From an uncultured Gemmatimonadales bacterium (lineage in GTDB: Bacteria > Gemmatimonadota > Gemmatimonadetes > Gemmatimonadales > GWC2-71-9): a stretch of 64,000 bases of DNA. Positions 52,551 through 61,133 of the stretch are shown here, piece after piece (positions within the stretch are counted from its first letter, which is position 1; each line of letters opens with the position of its first letter). The position numbers were made by a program, and so were the translations under genes. The stretch covers positions 36,695-100,694 of the forward strand of contig CAVPGI010000012.1 in the NCBI GenBank assembly GCA_963704015.1, read 5' to 3'. Below the pieces are notes generated by a model, which saw only the letters and a list, made by a program, of their open reading frames with translations, was not told the origin of the DNA and ran no database searches.

Positions 52551-53355
52551 ATGCAAGAGAATTCAGCGCTTGGACGTGCTCTCGAAATGGTGCGGGATCT
52601 GCGCCGCCGGTGCGCGTGGGACCGGGCCCAGACCCGGGAGACCCTGCGACCGTACCTGGTCGAAGAGGTCTTCGAGCTCGACTACGCCCTCAGCCGCGGC
52701 GATCCCACCGCGATCCGGGAGGAGGTGGCGGATCTGCTCCTGCATCTGGCCTGGCAGCTGGTGCTCGCGCGAGGAGACGAGGCGAATTCAACGCCGATCA
52801 GGTAGCGGACGATCTCACGCGAAAAGATGAAGCGTCGCCATCCCCATCTCTTCGACCTGGGCCCGCCCGAACCGTGGGAAAGACTCAAACGGAAGGAGCG
52901 GACCCGACGGCGTGCTGGACGGTCTGCCACCGGCTCTGCCCGATCTCCTGCGCGGCCTATCGGCTGCAGGAGCGGGCGGCAGGCGTCGGCTTCGACTGGC
53001 CCGATGTGGGCGGCCCACTCGGCAAGGTGCGCGAGGAGCTGGATGGAGGTGGAGCGGGAGCTGCACAGTCCGGGCCCCTCGCCCACCGAGGCGCCGGCTC
53101 CCAGCGACGCGCTGACCGAGGAGATCGGCGACCTGCTTCTTCGCGGTGGTGAACCTGGCGCGAAAAGCCGGCGTGCAGCCGGGACCGGCGCTCGACCGCG
53201 CCAATCGGAAGTTCGAAGCCCGTTTCGAGGCGATCGAGCGGCTGGCCGCCGAACGCGGGATCGACGTCTCGACCGCGGGGCTGGAGGTGCTGGATCGGTT
53301 GTGGGACGAAGTGAAACGGGGAACGGGAGAACAGGGAACGGGAGAACGGGAGTGA
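52551..53355 (+). pseudogene. mazG: nucleoside triphosphate pyrophosphohydrolase MazG, frame-disrupted; the only plus-strand gene
   Basis: GGAGG lies 6 nt before ATG 52551. LEMVRDLRRRCAWDRAQTRETLRPYLVEEVFEL...EEVADLLLHLAWQ is in 52551..52805. MKRRHPHLF is in 52827... AYRLQERAAGVGFDWPDVGGPLGKVREEL is in 52610..53152. LARKAGVQPGPALDRANRKFEARFEAIERLA is in 53146..53355. Confidence 0.8.
53318..53350 (+). other. G-run tandem motif (GGGGAACGGGAGAACAGGGAACGGGAGAACGGG), a formal G-quadruplex pattern at the mazG 3' end
   Basis: Read directly. Five runs of at least 3 G are separated by 3-6 nt. It is related in sequence to 57857-57880. Confidence 0.5.
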
Positions 53356-53387
53356 CAACCTGAATCGCCGTCCGAGCCGCCTTCCGA

Positions 53388-54686
53388 TCAGGGATAGAGC
53401 CGGTGGATTTGTCGCGGAAAGGCGATGGTCTCTCGAATGTGCGGGATGCCGCAGATCCAGGCCACGGTCCGCTCCACGCCCGAGCCCGAAGCCGGAGTGC
53501 ACGAAGGTGCCGTACTTCCGGAGGTCGAGGTACCAGCGGTAGGCCTCGGGATCGAGACCCTGCTCCTGAATCCGGGCCAGCAGCTTGTCGTAGTCGTCCT
53601 CCCGCTGTGAGCCGCCGATGATCTCGCCGTACCCTTCCGGGGCCAGGCAGTCGTTGTTGAGCACGGTGCGCGGATCGTCCGGGTTCTCCTTCATGTAGAA
53701 GGCCTTCACCCCCTTGGGGTAGTTGAACACGAACACCGGCCGGTCGTACTGCTGCGCCAGCAGCGTCTCGTCGTCCCCGCCCAGGTCGTCGCCCCACGTC
53801 ATGTCGGAGCCCAGCTGGTTGAGCCGCGCCACGGCGTCGGTGTAGGAGATCCGCGGGAACGGCGCGCTGGACCCGCTCCAGCGGGCGCGGTGTCGCGCTC
53901 CAGCTCCTTGAGCTCCTCCTGCCGCCGCTCCAGCGCCCGGGCCACGAGGTAGCTCACGAACTCCTCCTGCAGCCGCATGTTGTCGTCGGAGTCGTTGAAG
54001 GCGACCTCGGGCTCCACCATCCAGAACTCGGTCAGGTGGCGGCGGGTCTTGGATTTCTCCGCTCGGAACGTGGGCCCGAAGCAGTAGACCTGGCCGAGCG
54101 CGGCCGCGGCGGCCTCGACGTAGAGCTGCCCGGTCTGGGCCAGGTAGGCCTTGCCCAGGTCGAAGTAGTCGGTGGCGAAGAGACTCCCCGCCTCCTCGCC
54201 GATGGCGCCGGTCAGGATCGGCGTGTCGACCAGCACGAAGCCGCGCTCGTAGAAGAAGTCGCGGATCGCCTGCACCACCTCGTGCCGCACCCGCGCGATC
54301 GCCACCTGCTTGCGGCTGCGGAGCCACAGGTGCCGGTGCTCGAACAGGAAGCTGGTCCCGTGCTCCTTGGGCGTGATCGGGAATTCGGGACTGGCGCCGA
54401 GCACGACCAGGTCCCGCGCGTGCAGCTCGTAGCCCCCGGACGCCCTCGGCTCGGCATGCACCGACCCGGTGACCGCGACCGAGGTCTCCTGGGTCAGCGA
54501 TTGAAGCCGTTCCCAGACCGCCTCGGGCACTTCTTTCTTCGAGAGAACCGCCTGGAGATACCCGGTCCCATCCCGCAGGACCAGGAAGGCGATCTTCCCG
54601 CTCGACCGCGTCGTCGCCACCCAACCCCGCACCGTGACGTCCGTGCCGGCATGGGCACCCAACTCCTCAATGCGGACGTCGGTCAT
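53388..54686 (-). pseudogene. asnS: asparagine-tRNA ligase, frame-disrupted (two close shifts near 53860-53900 and one near 53420)
   Basis: 295 aa are in 53799..54686 ([25 protein letters not shown]...[28 protein letters not shown]). [10 protein letters not shown]...[15 protein letters not shown]...EIIGGSQRE...[12 protein letters not shown] is in frame of 52957..54624. In my own translation the end reads ...IHRLYP, with a stop at 53388. Confidence 0.9.
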
Positions 54687-54789
54687 GGGCAGAGCGTTCG
54701 AGATAGGAGAAATGAGGTGAAAAGCGGGTGGAGTGTAGCGCGGGGCGGGAGGGTCGTCAACGTGCTCTCGGTGACGGGCTCACGGCAAC

Positions 54790-56853
54790 CTATCCAACCC
54801 TGAACAGCTCCACCGCCCTCGGATAGCGCGCCAACGCCCGCCGCCGGAGCCCCTGATGCTCGGGCCGCCGGAGCTCGGGATCCAGCTCCAGAATCCGGGT
54901 CGCCAGCTGGCGAGCGTGGGTCAGCAGGTCGGTGTCGTCCGGAAGCCGGGCATGGGACACCACGAAGCTGCCCGCCTGCCGCTCGCCGATGAGATCCCCC
55001 ATCTGTCGCTCGCGAAGGTCCAGCTCCGCGATCTCGAACCCGTCGTCGGTCTTGGCAAAGGCGTGAAGCCGAGGCGGGATTGCGTCCTCCACCTGCAGGA
55101 TGCAGTAGCTCTCCGCGGCTCCCCGCCCGATCCGCCCCCGTAGCTGGTGCAGCTGGGCCAGACCGAAGCGGTCGGGGTGCTCGATCAGCATCACGGTCGC
55201 GTTGGGCACGTCGATCCCCACCTCGATCACCGTGGTCGCCACCAGCACCCCGATCTCCCCCGCCCGGAATCGCCGCATCTCGGCATCCCGCTGGTCGGCC
55301 GGAAGCCGGCCGTGAACCAAACCCACCTTCACGTCGGGCCATCGGGCCGCCAGGCTCTGGGCCATGGTGGTCGCCGCGCGCAGATCGGCCCGTTCCGATT
55401 CCTCGATCACGGGAAGCACGACGTAGGCCTGGTGCCCCTTCCGCACCTCGTCCCTGACAAAGGCCAGCGAGCGTTCCCGCTGGCTTCGGGTGCGGAGCCC
55501 CGTGCGCACGACGCCTCGGCCGGGCGGCTTCTCGCGGAGCACGCTGACGTCGAGGTCGCCGAAGCGGGTGAGCGCGAGGGATCGCGGGATCGGCGTAGCG
55601 CTGAGCAGCAGGACGTCGGGCGCGTCTCCCTTCCCGATCAGGGCCGAGCGCTGCTCGACCCCGAAGCGATGCTGCTCGTCGATCACCACCAGGCCCAGCC
55701 GCTGAAAGGAGGTCCGCTCCTCGAGCAGGGCATGGGTTCCGACCACCAGTCGGGCCTGGCCGCCGGCCAGCTTGCGCCGCCGAGCCGCCTTTTCGGCCGG
55801 AGCCAGCCGCCCCAGCAGTAGTTCCGGGCGAATGCCGATCGGCTCCAGCAGGGCCGTGAGCGTGGCCGCGTGCTGTTCGGCTAAGAGCTCGGTGGGCGCC
55901 ATCAAGGCCGCCTGATAGTCGTTCTCCACCGCCAGCAGCATCGCGAACAGCGCCACCACCGTCTTGCCGGTGCCGACGTCGCCCATGAGCAGCCGGTGCA
56001 TCCGCTCCGGGGCCGTCATGTCGCCCGCGATCTCGCGGATGGCGCGCTTCTGGTCTCCGGTCAGGGGCCAGGGGAGGGCTTCGCGCAAACGAGTGGTGAG
56101 ATCGTGCTTGAGCACGAAGGCGATACCGCTCCGGCGCCGCCGGGCCAGACTGCGGGCCCGGAGCAGCATGAGCTGGAGGTCGAACAGCTCGTCGAAGGCC
56201 AGCCGCCGCCGGCCAATCTCCGCGGCATCGACCGAGGTGGGCCGATGCACCGCCAGAAAGGCCTGACCCAGCTCGGGCAAGTCGAGGGAGCGCCGTACCT
56301 CCGGGGGCAGCGTCTCCTCCGCCAAGGGCAGCAGCGCATCCAGATGGCGGTCGATCAACGCGCGGATGGTCTTGTGGCTTAACCCCTCGGTGGCCGGATA
56401 CACCGGCAGCACCTTGCCTCCCAGCGACATCTCGGTATCGCCGTCGCCCAGGATGATGAATTCACGCGGCGTCATCTGGCGGCCGTGGTAGTACCGGATT
56501 GGCCCCGAGACCAGGAGGATCTGGCCCTCCTCGATGGAGCGGTCGAGCCAGGCCTGGCCGGGCCAGGCGCACTCGAGGACTCCGCTATCGTCGCGCAGCA
56601 CCGCACGAAACACCCGCAACCCGCGCCGAGTCGGCAGCACGCGCTTGGTCACCACCCGTCCGATGCAGGCGACCTCGGCTCCGACCCGGGCCTGGGCCAG
56701 CGGTGTCAGAGTGGAGGCGTCCAGATAGCGGCGAGGGATGTGCCAGAGGAGATCACGAGAGGTCACGATGCCCAGCCGCGCGAACTGCTCGGCTCGCCGC
56801 TCACCGACGCCTTTCATGAACTTGATCGGGGTATCGAGGCGGAGGACGGGCAT
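54790..56853 (-). CDS. recG: ATP-dependent DNA helicase RecG
   Basis: Intact 687-aa ORF with a wedge domain, Walker A (LMGDVGTGKTVVA), DEQHRFG and helicase C motifs (...HGRLPADQRD...TTVIEVGIDVPNA). Confidence 0.95.
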   Translation of the reverse strand: MPVLRLDTPIKFMKGVGERRAEQFARLGIVTSRDLLWHIPRRYLDASTLTPLAQARVGAEVACIGRVVTKRVLPTRRGLRVFRAVLRDDSGVLECAWPGQAWLDRSIEEGQILLVSGPIRYYHGRQMTPREFIILGDGDTEMSLGGKVLPVYPATEGLSHKTIRALIDRHLDALLPLAEETLPPEVRRSLDLPELGQAFLAVHRPTSVDAAEIGRRRLAFDELFDLQLMLLRARSLARRRRSGIAFVLKHDLTTRLREALPWPLTGDQKRAIREIAGDMTAPERMHRLLMGDVGTGKTVVALFAMLLAVENDYQAALMAPTELLAEQHAATLTALLEPIGIRPELLLGRLAPAEKAARRRKLAGGQARLVVGTHALLEERTSFQRLGLVVIDEQHRFGVEQRSALIGKGDAPDVLLLSATPIPRSLALTRFGDLDVSVLREKPPGRGVVRTGLRTRSQRERSLAFVRDEVRKGHQAYVVLPVIEESERADLRAATTMAQSLAARWPDVKVGLVHGRLPADQRDAEMRRFRAGEIGVLVATTVIEVGIDVPNATVMLIEHPDRFGLAQLHQLRGRIGRGAAESYCILQVEDAIPPRLHAFAKTDDGFEIAELDLRERQMGDLIGERQAGSFVVSHARLPDDTDLLTHARQLATRILELDPELRRPEHQGLRRRALARYPRAVELFRVG

Positions 56854-56856
56854 GGA

Positions 56857-56892
56857 GAGGACTCGAGGACTGAGGACTGAGTCTCAGTCCTC
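56857..56892. repeat. three direct GAGGACT copies plus one inverted copy (9-bp stem hairpin) spanning the ftsY stop and the 30-nt ftsY-recG spacer
   Basis: GAGGACT occurs at 56857, 56865 and 56872. The inverted copy AGTCCTC is at 56886-56892. The stem is GAGGACTGA / TCAGTCCTC. The ftsY stop TGA is at 56886..56884 and the recG ATG at 56853. Confidence 0.6.
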
Positions 56893-57816
56893 CTCGCGGA
56901 GGAGCGCCGTCGCGAATCGCTCGGCGTCGAACGGCTCCAGGGTCTCGAGCCGTTCTCCGGTACCCAGGAAGCGGATGGGAATGTTGAGCTCGCGCCGGAG
57001 CGCCACCACGGCACCTCCACGCGCGGTGCCATCCAGCTTGGTCACGATGATCCCCGTCGGGGAGACGGCCTGGGTGAAGAGCTTTCCCTGCTGCACCGCG
57101 TTCTGTCCCACCGAACCGTCCAGCACCAGCAGGGTCTCGTGGGGCGCGCCGGGGCGTTTCCGGGCGATCACCCGGACCACCTTTCGCAGCTCCTCCATCA
57201 ACCCTTCCTGGGTGTGCAGGCGACCGGCGGTGTCCACAAGCACCGTGTCGAGCCCGCGTTTCTCCGCCGCCTTGATCGCGTCGAAGGCGACCGCCGCCGG
57301 GTCGCCGCCCGGCGCTCCCGCGACGCAGGGGACATTCAGCCGGTCGGCCCAGACCTGCAGCTGACCGATGGCGCCGGCGCGGTAGGTGTCGGCGGCACAG
57401 AGCAACACGGTCCTGCCTTCTCGCTGGAGTCGGTGCGCCAGCTTGGCCAGGGTAGTGGTCTTCCCCACCCCGTTGACGCCGATCATGACGATCACGGTAG
57501 GGCCGGGATCGGCCGCGTGGACCAATCGTTCGGGATGGGGCGGCCCCTCGAGCAGCTTGGCGATCCGGGCCACCAGATCGCTCCGGAGATCGGCCTCGGT
57601 CTTGAGGCGGCCCCGCCGGACGTCGTTCTCGAGTCCCTGGACCAGATCCACCGTCGAGGCCACGCCGAAATCCGCCTCCAACAGAGTCTTCTCCATCGCC
57701 TCCAGGTCGGCGGCGTTGAAGCCGCGCACCATGGCGCCCACATCGGTGAGCGCAATGCGTTTGAGGCGGCCCCAGAGACTCAGCTTGGGGGCGTCACCTA
57801 GGCGAGTGGAGCTCAT
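56884..57816 (-). CDS. ftsY: signal recognition particle receptor FtsY
   Basis: The likely start is MSSTRLGDAPKLSLWGRLK (ATG 57816). NG domain: IGVNGVGKTTTLAKLA, CAADTYRAGA, DTAGRLH, TKLDGTARGG. The 37 extra codons in the ORF track run through the G-rich repeat. Confidence 0.9.
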   Translation of the reverse strand: MSSTRLGDAPKLSLWGRLKRIALTDVGAMVRGFNAADLEAMEKTLLEADFGVASTVDLVQGLENDVRRGRLKTEADLRSDLVARIAKLLEGPPHPERLVHAADPGPTVIVMIGVNGVGKTTTLAKLAHRLQREGRTVLLCAADTYRAGAIGQLQVWADRLNVPCVAGAPGGDPAAVAFDAIKAAEKRGLDTVLVDTAGRLHTQEGLMEELRKVVRVIARKRPGAPHETLLVLDGSVGQNAVQQGKLFTQAVSPTGIIVTKLDGTARGGAVVALRRELNIPIRFLGTGERLETLEPFDAERFATALLREED

Positions 57817-57856
57817 TCGATAAGGGGGCGTATTGGCAAGAGGAATAGATAACGAA

Positions 57857-57880
57857 GGGAACGGGGAACAGGGAACGGGG
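57857..57880 (+). other. G-run tandem motif GGGAACGGGGAACAGGGAACGGGG (formal G-quadruplex pattern) 41-64 nt upstream of the ftsY start, on its template strand
   Basis: Read directly. Four runs of 3-4 G are separated by AAC/AACA loops. Confidence 0.5.
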
Positions 57881-58062
57881 AACAGCCCGCTGTCGCAATC
57901 CCGCTCTTGCCGGTCGCTAATGGGCACCCGGTCCCGCCACTGGTCTTGATCGCGAACAGGCGCCCCGAATTGAGGAGCGCCGAGCAGCTTCGCATAGAAG
58001 ACTCATGGTCTATCCAAGTGAGCTAGGGGTGCAGCGAGACGTCGAATCGCGAGAAGTCTCCG

Positions 58063-58479
58063 TCAAGTGGAACCATTGGGCGGCTTCCACAACATCCAAC
58101 CGAATGGAGCCCCCAGCAGTAGCCCGTAGGCAATTGCGGCAATGACGTTGACCTTGACCGAGAAACTCGGGCGAAAGACAGCGAGGATCGCAACCTCAAC
58201 CGGTATCGCTATCAGAAACCCAACGAATGCACCCCTAATCCGCGTAGTGGCGAAAGAGCGTGAGAGCCCCGCAGTCAAGCCAATGAATAAGGCTAAGGCA
58301 ATGTTAAAGGCAATGATTACCGGTAGTGACCTTCCGAAGTATTGCAGACTCCTGCCCTGGGTCACTATGGCACCGAGTACTATTAGACCGCAGTAGAGGT
58401 AGACAAATTTGAATGCGTAGCGTACGGAGTAGCGGACGCTATCCCACGAGTTCCGAGGTGTTCGCGCGAGTCTTGTCAT
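58063..58479 (-). CDS. orphan small membrane protein (about 4 TM) in a low-G+C islet
   Basis: ORF 58063..58530, with a likely start at MTRLARTPRNS (ATG 58479). There are four hydrophobic segments (e.g. FVYLYCGLIVLGAIV, LPVIIAFNIALALFIGL, AFVGFLIAIPVEVAILAV, IAAIAYGLLLGAPFGW). Codon third positions are far less G/C-rich than elsewhere in the window. Confidence 0.45.
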   Translation of the reverse strand: MTRLARTPRNSWDSVRYSVRYAFKFVYLYCGLIVLGAIVTQGRSLQYFGRSLPVIIAFNIALALFIGLTAGLSRSFATTRIRGAFVGFLIAIPVEVAILAVFRPSFSVKVNVIAAIAYGLLLGAPFGWMLWKPPNGST

Positions 58480-58581
58480 CTTGGTGCTACCATCCCAGAC
58501 GCAGAGCGAGTCTAGCCCGTTGCCGTCCACAACGGCCCAGCGATCAGCACCCGAATTGCGCGGCGGCCGGCAAGAACGTCC

Positions 58582-60408
58582 TCACCTGAGCCCCAGCCGC
58601 CGCCGGGCACCCCACTCACCACCCAGCGCCAGAACGCAAAGGGCGAACAGCCAGCCCCACTGCCGGGCGTGGGAGGCAAGGCCGCCCTCGCGGTGTTGTC
58701 CCACCTGATCCTTGAGCGCCACCGGGCGAGGTAGCCACTCGTCCGAATAGGTGTCGACCGCGACCAGACCATCCCCGCCGCCCTCAACTCGGTAGAGGTA
58801 CCGTCCCACCGGCGCCCACACCTGGGCCCGCCCTTGTCCGTCGAAGCGGAGGGTGTCGCTCCAACTGCGCTCGGGGCTCTGGAAGGTGATGGGCGTCGGT
58901 GAAGGGGCACCATGCCCGCTCCACTCGAAGACCAGCGGCCGTGCGTTCTCGACCACGCTCCGGACCGGGCGGGCCAGCTCCGACGTCGTCTGCGCGCCAC
59001 CCAACAGCCAACTCGAGGTGGCCGCGACCCAGGCCCGATAGCCGGTTTCACTCGAACCGCCCCGAAAGGCCCAGCGCCAGAATCCGTCGGCCGCGGTGAC
59101 CACCTCGCGCATCCCGCCGGTCTCGTGGCCCAACATCACCGGCCGCTCTGCCCCACTCCGACCCGCCCGTGCCACCAAGCCGACCCAGTCGCTGGGCCCC
59201 GGCTCAAGCGAGCCGACTTGTATCACAGGTGGAAAGGAGTCGAGCGGCAGGCCGATGAAGCTCCCCGCGATGGGAGACGGCTTGGCGGAGAGGTACCAGT
59301 CGCCGGGAACCATGGCTCCTCCTCCTTCCCCACTGGGCCAGCGCCAGACGGCCCGCGCGCGCCCGCGGCCGATCTCGCCCACCGCGCCCTTCAGAATCAC
59401 CAGATCGGCTCCCTGGGTCGCGGTGCGAACCGCGTCGTCGGAGATGGGAGCGAGATCGGCCATCGAACGCCACCGATCGGGCGTGAGCCGCACATAGCCC
59501 CGGAGCGGCACCTGGGTCACGTCGCGGAGGGCCCGAAACAGGAACCGACCGTCCCAATCTCCAGGACTGGCCAGCATCACGATCCCGGGCGAGCGCGTCA
59601 CGGTCACGATCAGGAGTCGGCCGTCATCCCTGGGCTCGGCGTCTCCCGCATCGGAGATCCCTACCGTCAGCAGATGTTGGCCCGATCCCAGCGCCCCGGT
59701 ACCCGCTCTCAGGCTTACCCAGGCGGTACCGCCGGCGGGGACCCGTACCCTGCGCCGAGCCAGGGTCGAGCGGTCGCTCCTGAGCTCCAGGGTCACGCTG
59801 TCCTTCCCCGATTGTCCGACGGCGCGCACTTCCGCGTCGATCGCGATGGTGTCGCCCAGTGCCAAGCGGGACGGGCCGTCCACCCGGGTCACGGCCAGGT
59901 CGGCGGCCGTCCGCCGCGGAAAGACCCGAATGCCGAGGTCGGCTCGCAGGTCGGCCGGTAGCTCATCGGCGTCTTCGATTTCTCCGTCGGTCACCACCAG
60001 GACCGGCTTCCCGCTCGCCAAAGCCGAGCGCACCGCCGGCATGAGCTGGGATCGTCCGCGGGCCTGACTGGTGTCCCCGCCTACCCGCTCGTCGCCGAAG
60101 AGCACCACGCGGCCCTGGCTCCATCGCATGGCCGAATCGTGGGCCTCCGCCCAGCGCCCGCTGTTGGCGCGGAGACTGAGGCTCCCATCGAGGAGTACCA
60201 GGGGTTCGCTTCCACCGGTGCCCCGGCCGGCACAGCTCAGATCGGCCAACAGAACGCCGAGCGCACTCCAGGCCACTCCTCGACAGACCAGCGGCACCCA
60301 GGCTCGCCGGCCCATTCGCTCGAGGTAGAGGTAGGTGAGCGCCGAAAGCGCAAAGGCGAGGATCAGGATCAGGACCAGCGGCATCGGCGTTAAGACCGGG
60401 CGGAACAA
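58582..60408 (-). CDS. hypothetical large protein anchored by N-terminal double-TM and C-terminal TM segments
   Basis: Intact 608-aa ORF. N-terminus PLVLILILAFALSALTYLYL...WVPLVCRGVAWSALGVLLADL. C-terminus WGWLFALCVLALGGEWGARRR. An alternative start at 60384 would avoid overlap with hisA. I recognised no catalytic motif. Confidence 0.5.
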   Translation of the reverse strand: MFRPVLTPMPLVLILILAFALSALTYLYLERMGRRAWVPLVCRGVAWSALGVLLADLSCAGRGTGGSEPLVLLDGSLSLRANSGRWAEAHDSAMRWSQGRVVLFGDERVGGDTSQARGRSQLMPAVRSALASGKPVLVVTDGEIEDADELPADLRADLGIRVFPRRTAADLAVTRVDGPSRLALGDTIAIDAEVRAVGQSGKDSVTLELRSDRSTLARRRVRVPAGGTAWVSLRAGTGALGSGQHLLTVGISDAGDAEPRDDGRLLIVTVTRSPGIVMLASPGDWDGRFLFRALRDVTQVPLRGYVRLTPDRWRSMADLAPISDDAVRTATQGADLVILKGAVGEIGRGRARAVWRWPSGEGGGAMVPGDWYLSAKPSPIAGSFIGLPLDSFPPVIQVGSLEPGPSDWVGLVARAGRSGAERPVMLGHETGGMREVVTAADGFWRWAFRGGSSETGYRAWVAATSSWLLGGAQTTSELARPVRSVVENARPLVFEWSGHGAPSPTPITFQSPERSWSDTLRFDGQGRAQVWAPVGRYLYRVEGGGDGLVAVDTYSDEWLPRPVALKDQVGQHREGGLASHARQWGWLFALCVLALGGEWGARRRLGLR

Positions 60409-61121
60409 ACCGCTTCCAGCGCTTCAGGCAGGGTGAACCGCTTCTCGTACAGCGCGCGCCCGACGATGGCCCCCGCCAGTCCGGCGCCGGCCACGGCTCG
60501 GAGGTCGTTCAGGCTGGATACCCCGCCGCTGGCGATGACGGCGGCCCCCATCTGCTGCAGCGCCACGGCTCCGGCGACATCGGGCCCGGTCATCATGCCG
60601 TCTCGCGTCACATCGGTATAGATGATGGTGCGGACACCGGACGCGATCACCCGTCTCGCGACCTCCTCGACCCGCTCCCCGGTGTTCTCGGTCCAGCCAC
60701 GAATCGCGACCATGCCGTCGCGGGCATCGAGACCAACCGCCATCCGTTCCGGACCGGTCTCCCCCAGGACGGCGTCCACCACACCGGGATCGGCGACCAC
60801 GGCGGTTCCCAGCACCACGCGCGCCACCTCGGGCCGCAAGACCTCCCGAACTGCGGCCAGGGAACGGAGCCCGCCGCTCAACTGAATTCGAATGCGCGCG
60901 CCGACCCGCTGCACCAGGTTCGACACGATCGCCGTGTTCTCCCCCTCGCCGAAGGCGCGATCGAGATCCACCAGGTGGACCCAGCGTGCTCCCTGCTCGA
61001 TGAATCGCTCGGCGACCGCGACGGGATCTTCGTCGTACGAGGTTTCGCGGCCCCGTTCGCCCTGACTGAGGCGAACGACGCGACCACGACGGATATCGAT
61101 GGCGGGAAAGACGTCCACCAA
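60390..61121 (-). CDS. hisA: 1-(5-phosphoribosyl)-5-[(5-phosphoribosylamino)methylideneamino]imidazole-4-carboxamide isomerase
   Basis: Intact 243-aa ORF: VFPAIDIRRGRVVRLSQGE...VHLVDLDRAF...IQLSGGLRS...VVLGTAVV...IIYTDVTRDGMMTGPD...VIASGGVSSLNDL. Confidence 0.9.
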   Translation of the reverse strand: MVDVFPAIDIRRGRVVRLSQGERGRETSYDEDPVAVAERFIEQGARWVHLVDLDRAFGEGENTAIVSNLVQRVGARIRIQLSGGLRSLAAVREVLRPEVARVVLGTAVVADPGVVDAVLGETGPERMAVGLDARDGMVAIRGWTENTGERVEEVARRVIASGVRTIIYTDVTRDGMMTGPDVAGAVALQQMGAAVIASGGVSSLNDLRAVAGAGLAGAIVGRALYEKRFTLPEALEAVCSARS

Positions 61122-61133
61122 AGGGGGAACGGC

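Noticed and set aside
53318-57880. CRISPR array suggested by the short regularly spaced repeats (GGGAAC..., CACGGAG..., GTGAACGG...)
   Set aside because: The units are 7-9 bp and contiguous, with no 25-40 bp repeats separated by unique spacers, and there are no cas genes. They are microsatellite/REP-like.
57900-58530. Mobile genetic element or prophage remnant at the low-G+C islet
   Set aside because: No integrase, transposase, flanking tRNA, or terminal inverted or direct repeats were detectable. I keep it only as a compositional anomaly.
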